Of a DNA stretch of 64,000 nt, positions 1 through 11,544 are shown one piece after another. The notes beneath the pieces are model-generated. The model searched no databases. It saw nothing but the letters and a program-made list of their open reading frames with translations, and had not been told where the DNA came from. This DNA comes from Mizuhopecten yessoensis (Eukaryota). The first letter of the stretch is position 1. Each line of letters starts with the position of its first letter. The stretch is from positions 1 to 64,000 of the forward strand of contig NW_018479965.1 of NCBI RefSeq assembly GCF_002113885.1. The letters run 5' to 3'. Both the position numbers and the translations under genes were made by a program.

Positions 1-3000
1 ACCCTGAAGGTTTCCCGGTCCACGGATGATGCCAACAGACTTCTTAGCCCTTAACATATCAAGAACATGACCAGAAAGTTTGCCACCATCTGCATTTCTG
101 AAATCTTCTCCTCCTCCGTCTTTAGATCCACCTTCTGTGTCTGTTTGAAATTCACATATGAATACATAATCCTAACCAGTAATTTCTATCAGGTATAATT
201 GTACAAGTGTATATGACAATGCCATATGATATAAAGTTCATATAAGTATAAGTATACAATAGCTGCAGGTATCTGTCAGAAAATCAACCTCCTTTATTAT
301 AACCCAGCTTGGACAAAGTCAGAGCATATCTTAGCTGCTATTTCATGAATGGGCATCAAACACATGTACATGGAAAGGCAGTATGTCAAATTCTAAACAC
401 AAGTGCCCTCAATTTCACCTTTGACCTGTACTTCAAGTTATAAAATGATAGTTTTCTGAGCATATCTCAGCAACTATTTCATGAATGGATATCAAACTTT
501 GTACATAGGTACATCGTCCTAAACCAAAGTCACTGTGACTTTAATTTGAACTTGACCTTGCCTAAAGTGCTCAAAATAATGGTTTCTACAGCATAGCTCT
601 GCTGTTATTTCATGAATTCAGGCATGAAATGTTGTGTATAGGTACATCATGGTTAGGTGGTATGTTGTATCTTAAATAGCGTTACTGTAACCTCAATTTG
701 ACCTTTATCATTGACCACAAATAATAAATAATGATAATAACTTCAGTTTCCTATATACTGCTTTATCACGACCTAGATCCCAGGTCGTCTCGAAGTGGTT
801 TACAGATTTTTACCTGATTTGTTTTTGAGATACTCTGGAGGTTTCTTTTTTTCTCGCTTTGATACATTGTAGTTGTTTGTGATAACCTTACTGTTTGGAC
901 CAAACTGCATTACCCCCACATGATCTATCACTTGTGTTCGAGGACCTGTAAAACAATATAAAGACATTCAACAATAAAAACAATAAATGGCATGAAATCT
1001 TTATAGAAGAACAATGTTATCTATCAGTTATGAAGTGAATCATGAATTAGTCCTATCTTCACGCAGCTGTTGATCAGTCTTATAAAAGCAACTTTCCTGT
1101 AAGTCCCTTGTGATTGGTTTATTCACTGGCCTCTGGATCAGGAAACAGTCTTATGAGATAATATTGTTTTATCTATTGAGGTCACAACAATAATTAATAT
1201 AAGTTGCCCTTGCTGTGACTCTGATGATAAAGTGATAAAGTATGACCCCATGCACAGTGATATGAAAACAAGAGGCCCAGGGGCCTTAATAGCTCAACTG
1301 GTATTTTACTTTCAATTTTAAACCTTCTGAGTACCATACCAGTTTATCAAAGGAGCACAAGAAATACAAGTTGCAAGAAGGACAAAATCTGTTTGGGTTG
1401 GTAAGACACCAAGAACATGAGTGTATTTTTCATATCCAACAATTTTGTAAATGGTTATAGTGTGGGGATCTCAATTGTTTTCATGTTATGACCCATGGAG
1501 GTAGTCTCCAGGGAATGGTCTGGAACTCCGGGCCAATCCTGGAATGTTATAGAAATTGTATACTGTATAGTAATTAAAACAAGGCAAGGGTAGAGCCAAC
1601 GCTGTGGTTTTCTTAATGGTGGAATAATTTGGTCCTTTGCTCCTTGTCTGGATACCCGAAAGTATGCAGGGGATTGAGTAAAATAGATTCAATCACAACA
1701 GGCGAAGGAGCAATAAGTTGTTCTTATAGTTAATTAGGGATTTGTGTGCACAGCGAAATTGAACCCCCGCGAATATGTACTGAATACGAAATCGCAAAAT
1801 ATTAGCCCAGCGAAATTAAAGCGCTATATACAGTATTTGGTTATGATGTAAGGAAGAATCCCTTTCATTCATATGGAATATGAAGGATGTTATTGATTTA
1901 CCTCTATTTCCCCTATGAGGCCCTGCCCTCTGCCCCGTGGGTGGCCACATACTCTGTTTATACATTATAGAATTCTCTTTACCCAAATACGCTCTAGAAT
2001 AAGTTTGGTTCAAATTGTTTCACCGGTACAAAAGGAGAAGAATTTTAATATTTTCCTCCATTTCCCCTAATGGGCCCCACAATTCTGCCCAAAAGGGGGA
2101 CCACAGTTTCAACCATTAATACAAAATTGATTCTATTTGCCTAAAGATGCCCTACAACAGAAATTTATAAAATCCCTTTATTGGTACAAAAGGAGAAGGA
2201 TTTTATAATTTCCCTCTTTTTCCACTATTGGGCCCCATCCCTCTGCCCTAAAGGGGGCCACAGCCTCAGTTCATATAAAATTGAGTCCTTTTTCCCTAAG
2301 GATGCTCCAGATCACATTTGGTTTTAATCCCTTCATTTGTACAGAACGAGAAAAAAAAAATGCTCAAGACCAAATTTGGTCAAAATCTGCTGAGCCATTA
2401 AAGGACTAGCAATGTTTTAAAGGAAAAGGATGACGGTTGAGAAATCTACGTACCAGTATGTACAAAATTTTATTAAAAAATATCAGTTCATTAGAATTTA
2501 TTGTAAGACCACTTGACCTGTCATGTTACATTTATCTATCAAGTTTCAACAAATATAACTTAAATTCATTCTTTCAAGAGTTGATGTCCAGAAAGCATAT
2601 TACCTGTAGTGGAATGATTGACCTTTAAGGTATATAGATGTTGGTGGTATTGACACAAAATACACATTCATAATCTGTCTTAAGTTCCTATGATGTTTCA
2701 AAATACTTAAGCTACATGCTGTTATTTAACCATCAAAATACAGACATTTAATGTCATTAGAGCAGTGCATGGCGCACTATGTAGTCATAGACATTTACAT
2801 ATAGATATATGTATATATGAAATCTCAGCAAAAAATTATTAGCTCTTCATATTAAACTGTTCAGAGAAGCAATTCAATAGTTTCACAATTTCCATTTTGC
2901 TCCACCTTCATGATAATAAATCGGAGTGGTTTGTAACACACTGTTTAGACACAATATATGTACATCTTTGAATTTTTATCAAAAAATGTGTATCCATTTA

Positions 3001-5211
3001 AAGTTTAAGACCAAGACTTAATGAATTAAAATTAAATTACATTTGTTCTAAATGTTAGGAAAATTACCAGCGTGAATGTTGCATTTATTTTAAAGTTTAA
3101 TATCACAAAAAAATATTGATGATTTTTGTAAAAGTACATCCACTGACGATTACTACACATTGTATAACAGTAAAAGAATACCGTTAAATCCACCTCTCCT
3201 GTGGTCTTCATCTTCACTATCAGTATCGTCCTGAAAATAACAAGTGTATATTGATATTTATTAACCATTAAATAATTCGATAATTACATTCGGAAGTACA
3301 TGTAGATATAACGCTTATTACGTAGAATTCACATCTTAAGGCAAACTAATTAAAGAACCAATAAACCAGCATGAGTAAAAGCAGTAAAAATGAAAACTGA
3401 GAACAGAGTAATTTCTTTATAGGAGCATGAACTTGTACTGTTATTAGCTAAAAATCAACATAAGATGGAAGCAACACAACAACCTGAATCAAATTCTATT
3501 GTATTTTTGTATTTTATGATTTACTAAATGATATTTAATATATATCAGTATGATAGTTATTGTAGAAGTTTAGGACAAACAGTTGCAATAGAAAATAAAA
3601 TTACTACCCTATAATTAATGTAGTGGAAAGTGCTGATGGATGTATTAAACCTCAGTAGATAGCAGATATCCTAACGCAGTAATGGTAATACACTACTGCA
3701 GGATATACAGGCTAGGGGAACAAATGTGTACACAAGCTCTTAGTATCACATAAACACAAGTGAATAGCTCAAAACTGGTGGATGAATTGCTAAACTTCCA
3801 GATAGAAACTTAAATGCAAGTTGTAATTGGATCACAAGTTCTCCCCATTCTCCAGTATTAAAAGTTTATCAGATATGTACAAAGCTGCTACTTGGACAAT
3901 AGAGGATCTAGCGAACAGTTCTCGAGGATTTTTCTCAGAAGAAGGAGTTAAGTCATACTTCATAAGGATACCACACAAAAAGGATCAGTGTAAATCATTT
4001 TTATCACATGTAAGGGATTTTGTTTCTCCCTTAACTCCAAAACACATAACATGTGGTGATATGGAGGGAATGGGTGACCTTGATGTAATGAAACTCACTA
4101 TTTTGATAAAACGCTTTAAGATCTTTCCATCAATGTAAAGTATTTGATTTTAACATATCTAAATCTGAAGAAGAAGCCAATTTGACCCCTTTTACGGATG
4201 CATGAAGCACTGTGAAAGATGACTGACAAACGACGATCACAATCGGTCAACCTATACCATTGTCTCAGGTGACCTAAACAATACCGTTCTCTAGTTGATA
4301 TTTATCATACCTCCGATTGTTCTCTAGTTGGCATTCACATCACCCCTGAACATATCACCTCTGGATATAGTTTCCAGTAGTTGACATTCATATAACATCT
4401 GAATATACATGTAGAGTTTCCAGTAGTTGACATTCATATCACCTCTAAGTATTGAATATCCAATAGTTCAAGTTGGCATACATATTGCCCCTGAATGTGT
4501 TTGAGTGCCCACACATCAGTTTTACTCAAAACTCAAAATTACTTACCTGCATGTGCTTTTTTCGAGTCTTGTTTTTACTAGAATCTGATGGAAAAAAAAG
4601 GAAAAACCCAAATTACATATTTACCAAATATCTGTTATTATATTTTAAGGATTCATCTATTAAGCACAGGTACTTTCTAGGGTTTTTAAAGTGAAATTGA
4701 TAAAAAGAAATCTTCATGTTCTTATATCATGTATAATAAATTCTTTATTTAAAGTTTACGTTGTGATGATGAATGCCTTTGCCTGAAGTTGCATGCCTAG
4801 AAAAGTGGAAAGTTGTTGTTATTATTATAAGGTTAGCAAATGAAATCTTCAATAGTAATTATATACACCCAACAAATAAACTAGGTCTGTATATATATAT
4901 TTGTACAGTACAAGAGGATATTTCTCCCAAATACACCAACATACCTTGTCTCCAGCTCACACACACAAGCACGCATACACAACACACATGGAGGCAGGTC
5001 CTAAAATGATCTTAGCTGTTAATAGGACGATAAACAAAATAAAACCAAACAAACCCAAATCTGTCTTGAATGTCTCGCCTTGTTTGGCAGTAATGGCTAA
5101 CTTCTCAGCGTGGGACGTTTGATCCTCTTGAAAATGCTGCACATTTTTGTCTGCATCTTTGTTACTACTCTGAAGACAATCTGGGCACATTTTACTTCCC
5201 CGTCCTCCCAT
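1..5211 (-). CDS. Spliced gene (3' part outside window): N-myristoylation motif, RHIM-like motif and probable start of a FAM111/trypsin-like serine protease domain
   Basis: Coding exons 5211-5079 (GC donor; alternative GT donor after 5055, same phase), 4584-4547, 3230-3182, 945-814, 140-<1, all with AG acceptors and matching phases. Protein: MGGRGSKMCPDC...KQ/DSSKNKTRKKHMQ/DDTDSEDEDHRRGGFN/GPRTQVIDHVGVMQFGPNSKVITNNY...NKS/DTEGG...LDMLRAKKSVGIIRGPGNLQG. The protease call is inferred only from the final SVGII..G(T) segment. Confidence 0.7.
305..715. repeat. Intronic degenerate tandem units (TTGACC-rich, HINE-like internal array)
   Basis: About three degenerate copies of gcatatctc/ttagc..ctatttcatgaat...caaa...tacat...ttgacc. 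Confidence 0.5.
1267..2630 (-). mobile_element. Helentron-associated (HINE-like) non-autonomous element with about 157-bp internal tandem repeats and a nested MITE (about 1561-1835)
   Basis: Starts aacaagaggcccaggggcc...gctcaactgg, which resembles the reverse complement of the HINE end at 50606-50639. The unit aaggagaag...gggcccc recurs near 2032 and 2189. Nested element ends tactgtata...tatacagta. Confidence 0.6.
4310..4495. repeat. Short degenerate minisatellite next to a HINE terminus
   Basis: Repeated tagttgacattcatatcacctctg-like units; the HINE-type end tcaggtgacctaaa lies near 4265-4279. Confidence 0.5.
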
Positions 5212-6104
5212 TGCAGTGACTATGAAGGTTATACAAATTCTTGTTTCATAAAATTCTTCTAATTTCTGATAAGCGTTGCACGCTTTCACCAGTCTGAAAT
5301 AAAATTTAACAATAAAAATTGCTTTTGAGTCTACCAGTATATATGCATTTGTCTTTTCACATTCAATATGTAGATGTATGTAACATGTGTTTTTGGTTTA
5401 GTTAATTATGATAAACTTTAATATGCATATTTAGCAAAATTGATAGCAATATTGAACATATAAACATGAAAGAAGGGGAGCACAGACGATCTTGCTGCTA
5501 TATTACTATGCAAGATTTTATATTTTCGATGCCACCAAGGGTGGAACCAGGGCACCGTGTGCTCTTCCCCTGAATCCACCACTGGGTCCACCCTCGTCCA
5601 CCCTCATCAGCTCTTATAAATAGACAAGTCTGATTGTATATCCTAACACTTTTTTTTATCTGTGAAACAAAGTTTTACAATGAAAATGAAGTCATTTTCT
5701 TTTCATTAATATATATTTATCCAAAGTAAGCTAGGTGGTAGGTCAATTGCCTGTGAATTGGTTGAAAGTTTGAACACCACTCTGTCTCCGTTTCACTTGA
5801 TTTTCCTCTCCTGTTAAAACATGCATGTATTCATAAAGAACCCAATGATATTATTTTTAAGCCATTATTCACCAAGAAACTAAAAACATCCTCTTTGTTT
5901 CTGGACTTTAAGATGACAATAACATAGCATTTTCTATCCTTCGTTACAATTAAAAATCACATTATTGCACAAACATATTTCTGTTACCTTATTAAAGGAC
6001 ATACAATGATGTACCAAGATTGTTATTTGACGTTTATTATGTGTCACAGTGCTCCTGTTTACAAGCTATTGTTGGCCAACTTTACTGAACGCGAAGAAAA
6101 ACCT

Positions 6105-6358
6105 ACTTTCGGTTTGACACTTGAAACATATGAAGTCATGATAACATATTATTTCTTTTGATTATCCTATAGTATAATATTAATAGCAGAATGACTGTAA
6201 TATAGTGTGAATAAAATATACATACCTACAAGAGAGTTTTAAGCTTCGTCATTGACGATATCTCCAGCTTGTAGTTAATTACGCTAAACGTACACTATAT
6301 AACAAAACTAAAATTGGGGATTTCCAGTACATCACTAACTAACCCCAACGTTGACTCA
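6105..6358 (-). promoter_or_regulatory. Putative innate-immune promoter cluster: IRF element, NF-kB site and AP-1 site
   Basis: AAACCGAAAGT (minus strand, 6105-6115), GGGGATTTCC (6316-6325) and TGACTCA (6352-6358), just upstream of a likely 5'UTR exon with donor AAG|GTAACA near 5987. Confidence 0.45.
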
Positions 6359-7717
6359 CAATATATAACATAACAGAAGGTGAAGCGAGGGGCGTATATT
6401 GATCACGTTACTTCGACGTGTACAATGTAAACGTCAGCATCTAAAATATAAGCATGTTCGACACGTATAGATAGGGATTGTTTTTCGTTATTGTTTGTTT
6501 TATTATTTTTATTTAGCAATCTCTTTTAAAACTTTATTCAAAAACATTACATAAAAATATTGTAGGCCTAATATATAGAAAATATTTACCTCTAATTTAT
6601 TTGATAATAATAATTTATTTTATTAAAGTGTCACATATCAAACCACAATTTAAAGTTTCAAGTTAAAACAAATTGATAGAATTTTATATCCGGCCAAGTT
6701 GACCTATGAGACACTATTTCAATGTTAAATACAGACTATATATATAAATTTATATATGTTGTACTTTGATTTAAAAAATAAAGGTACAAATCATATTCTT
6801 CACAGATACTGCATGGTAACTTAATAATATGATAAAACAACTAGATAGTTCTTTTGTAATAAAAATAATTAAGTGTGCCCACCTACCCGCACATATACAA
6901 ATATGTGTACGCATTCACACATTCTCATACAAAGTACACTAACCTACTTGTACATGCACACGTACGTGCAACCAATCATATCTACTCAATCATATCTACT
7001 TACAGATTGAACATACATACCAAAGTGGGTTTTTTCCCCATTACAACCACTTACCTATATATTCAACAACGGTTTGCACATACGTGTACATACTTAATTA
7101 AACCCTGTCCAATGCATACAGCTTTTTATGCATTACATACCAAAACCAACATACTTTCTTATTAAAATTCTATGCAAGGGACGCTTGCGCCTATTAAAAA
7201 GAATTCCGTAAAAATGTCACTTTAGTATTAAAACATATTGTGCTAGCAGGAAACAGCGTTTCACTTATATATATATACCCAAACAAGCCAACAGAAAATG
7301 GTAACAAAATATTATTTAGCATTTATTTCCTGTCACCGATTAAAGTTTGAGGCCTTTACCTGAAAATGTATATTTTTCAAAAACACATGACCTACTATAT
7401 CCCACAATTAGATAAATATATTCTCCGTGTCATGAAGATAGAATCGATCACCTTCACTTGTATCATGGTTTGAGATTACCAGTCAATGATTTAAGTATAA
7501 TACAATTTTAATTCAATATACCTGCACTATAAATAAGAAAGAGTAAAATATATACATAAAATCGTGATTTTATACTTTCAAAATGCACTAAATAAACAAA
7601 CTGGTTTTACGTGAACAGAAACAGTTTTTCTGATTGCTAATATCGTGTAGCAATTGCGTGTTCTTGCCACATATAGATATATATAAATATCACTCGATGG
7701 TGTCCTCTTGGTTCGAT

Positions 7718-7864
7718 CACAGGGGTTCGTTACAAATGTCTGAAATACACATATGCTATACTGATATGGGTCACAGCACACATTGACATAAACATACAAT
7801 GTGTGCTGTCACCCATATCAGTATAGCATATGCGTATTTTAGACATTTGTAACGAACCCCTGTG
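7718..7864. mobile_element. Hairpin MITE with 7-bp target-site duplication
   Basis: About 68-bp near-perfect inverted arms (cacaggggttcgttacaaatgtc...gacatttgtaacgaacccctgtg) with an 11-nt loop, flanked by GTTCGAT on both sides. Confidence 0.8.
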
Positions 7865-8149
7865 GTTCGATGGCACATTTCAAGTATTGGCCCGCATTAA
7901 CCTCTCTAGATAGCGGATTGTAACCAGCCACGACATGCGCGATCGATCATTTGATTTAAACATATTTTTATTTGCATCTAATATACAAAAGGGATCGGGC
8001 ACAAGTTGTCCAACTTATGTAAAGCCCTTTCCCTATAACATAATGAAATATATATATACAAGATGGCAATTTTTAAATTAATTAATATTTTCAATTAAGT
8101 TAAGTGTTACTGACAGACTGACGATCGATCAGCCTCATTGTTTTGCGGT

Positions 8150-9100
8150 AAACTGTTTCCAGAAGTTCCGATTTCATGTATGCCGTGTATCTTGAAAAGT
8201 CGATAATTCAGTATTGTGACAATACTCTTTATCAACAGATGTATGTTTGTGGCAGGGTTCCGATTCGGTCCGTTTTTACCAAATATATATAGTCCTATTC
8301 ATATCGTCGTGTTTAAGACCATCCTTCCAATCAAAAACTTATATTTGAACCATATTTTGCTGAGATTAGTGCTGTGAATAATCCCGAGATGTATGGCTTC
8401 TTTACCAGCGGAGGTCTATTTGGTTGCGATGTGATATGACCACGAAAACTCCGCCCTGGGGGAACCCTGCTTCACTGACATCGCCATCACAATACACTTA
8501 TCCACGCACTTCGTTGTAATCTGCAACACTATCAATGAACCTCTGGAAATACCAGGGAGTTTGCCACTAGGGACACATCATCGGCGCATATAGGTGCATT
8601 GCAGAATACGTCTCCACATACTCATATTCTAAGTTTTTTAATACCGACGAGACGCGATTTTGTTTTCGTTCAGGTCACGAAATAGGTACAAATAGATGCA
8701 ACAGAATGTAATCAACCGTAGTGAAGGCTTCTTGGTATCTACGTAATTACAGCCTCCTGAGAGAGTTGGTGACCACCTCTGGGAAATATGTCTTTGAAGT
8801 GTGTTGAACTATTACGTTATATGGTGTCAAGGACTTTGAGTATGACTGACAATTAAAGAAGCTAGGGCAGTTAGACCTCTGCAGTGTGTTCAAAGCCTTT
8901 CTCCGGTCGCTTTCGTTTTTCATACGAGAATCACAGCCTCAATTTTAGTTTAATGTAACGTTTTCCAATCTGTCGCCGCATTTCTGGCCAATATGTTGTG
9001 GTGAACACTTAATGGGAGAAATAGGGAAACAGCGGGTTACAAAAATTCAGGTTCGCTCCTGTCCAGTATCTTGGAAGTTAAAAGAACTTGACAAACACGT
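8150..9100 (-). pseudogene. Decayed LINE reverse-transcriptase fragment
   Basis: Minus-strand fragments include a DTKKAF-like motif and CGDVFCNAPICADDVSLVANS (YADD-type), with many stops and frameshifts. Confidence 0.55.
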
Positions 9101-10543
9101 GAGTACAAATACTTAGTTCATTTATTATTGAAGCATGGATAATATTATTTACAATATAATGTGATAATCAGTACCGCCATGTAACACCATTGACGGTATT
9201 TTGTGAGAAATTTGGTAGTCAGAAATCTCAATGGAATTAGTAACTTATCCTTAGTTCGAGTCGCTTCCCTTGGATCGCGAATTACAATCACTAGGATAAT
9301 ACCCACAACCTATCATGAAGTCTGCATGACCCAGACATATATTTACGAAGAAACTATACCTCTAGGTTGAGATTGCATTTTAGATGTTCACGCCTCTGAG
9401 AGGAGATGGAGGAAGCGCAGGTAATTGTTTTGGTGTAGTAGCGAGACTTTTTAAATCCTCTTTCCACTGACTCCATCTTTTGTCTTTCTCATTCCTTAGA
9501 TTTTGTTGACAGCGCATATACATTTAAGTCTCAAACTGTCCAATACTAGTAAGTGAGAGAGAGGACAGATTTCGGCTATTACGGGTCGCTACAAGTTTTT
9601 TTTTTATGACGTATTGTTTTATGTATTTTTGTAATTTCACACACAGAAAATAATGCCATAAGCTTACCATGGAAGATGCAGAAATCAGCATATCGCTCAT
9701 AATAAACTAAAAATGTATCCAAACCGGCAAAGCTGGCCAACTTTGAAGGCTTATAGTTTGTGCGTGTGGTTGGGAAAGCAACAATAGTCATAAATGAAAA
9801 TTAAATACAAATATCTAATTTCAACAAATATTGCTATTAACTAATAGTTTTTATCGTCATTAAATGATAGCGAGAAAAACAATATCTGCAGTCTGAACAT
9901 GCTTTTAAGTCATACTGCTTTCAATGCAACTATTGCCACTGTGTAACCTTTTGGCAAATTTGAATAGTACTTCTGTTAGTTTTATATATTTAATACCACA
10001 AGCGCACTGTCTGGCTGCAACAGCTCGAAAGACACTAGCACCTATATAAACCCGTATATGACAACCCCTACCCCAGGTAATTCACACGCAACCCGTATTT
10101 CACCGCGTACGTCTGACTCCACGTCTAACCCTACATACACGGGTACTCTAGCACCTATGTAACCCCAGTGATCCCGTACCATTGATAAATGTAATAATAT
10201 TTTGTTCAATATTAAACGAACATAAGGCTTATAACTTACACTTCAAAGCTTGTCACATGTGAAAGTTTCCTTAATAATTTGTTAATTCAAAAAGGTTTCC
10301 ACAAAAAGTGTATTTGAAGAGATAATAACTGTTATAGTTTAGATAAACAACAATGTGAAACACTAAAAGTAAATTCTGTTTCATTTATAAGTTAAATGTT
10401 GGCAGGATTATTTTGTTCCTTGCCACTCTAATCATGACAGTGTACGTTGTAATCTGTCACATAACAGTCCACTGCTTTTGATGACAATTCACTTCTGAAC
10501 TGTCCTATTAAATCTACTGTTTTGGTGGTAACAATATGAAGTC

Positions 10544-10640
10544 TGCCAGACCGAGTTTCCTCTGGCCCTGACACCAGACTTGGATAGTTTGACAGATAAA
10601 CACAGTCTGGTGTCAGGGCCAGAGGACACTCGGGCTAGCA
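10544..10640. repeat. Short inverted repeat, probable MITE relic
   Basis: ccgagtttcctctggccctgacaccagact ... agtctggtgtcagggccagaggacactcgg. Confidence 0.7.
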
Positions 10641-11544
10641 TTCCGCCTTTTGCTGAACATATGTTCCCGGAAGCTCTAGATACCGACGTTCATTCTTACG
10701 TCCTTTAGTAACACTGATGATCCCGTAATAGAGAAAGTGGGGTAGTATACCTTCTCTTTGTTTGTTTAATACATTAACTTATTGAAGGTTTTAAATATTG
10801 CCTCTGTACTTGGTTTATCCAGTGATTGTCGTAAAATGTCACATACCATCTACTACTTTGATGATAATGCACATTGTAATATGTGAGTTATTGTATTACA
10901 GTTTGCTGCTTTGATTAATGTACAATGTTCATTTTGAGCTGTCACATGACGTACAACGTGAACAACCCATATACCAAGAGTTCCGTATTTATCAAATGGC
11001 ATGCAACTTAAACATGGATATCCTATGCGTTTGGCTATATTTTGCAAGTAAAATCTCTAAATAGTTGTGAACGTTTTGCAGTTTCAAAGAAATTACGAAC
11101 TTTCCGTTAAATACAATTTGAAAGACAACTACCCGACAAATAATGGATCGTTTTGCACTTAGTGTGAATCCAACATAAATCTCACAACCATTCGAACACG
11201 ATTCACTTATCAAGGTATTTTGTAATTCATTCGAATACTGGTTACTTTACTGTAGCATGCCTGTGTATTTAACGATAGCGCATTTTAACGAAGACTCGTC
11301 CGGTTTAAACATATATATTGCCGAAAGTAGAGAAGGGATTAGGCACAAGTTATACATAACAACTTTTCAACGCCTTCTCCCAATATACACTTTAAATGAC
11401 ATTACTAAAATGACAATAAGTATATACAATTGTAAATACAACTTGAGCTTAAAATCTCTTGCTGGATTTAATAAAGTTGTGCACATATCTAAAAATGTGT
11501 AAGTTGAGATCCACGGAAAATTGGAAATTGCCACACAACATTAT

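Noticed and set aside
10853-11250. Possible further LINE 3' fragment on the minus strand
   Set aside because: There is only a weak resemblance (YLEILL..Y...RIS..KL), too decayed to support a call.
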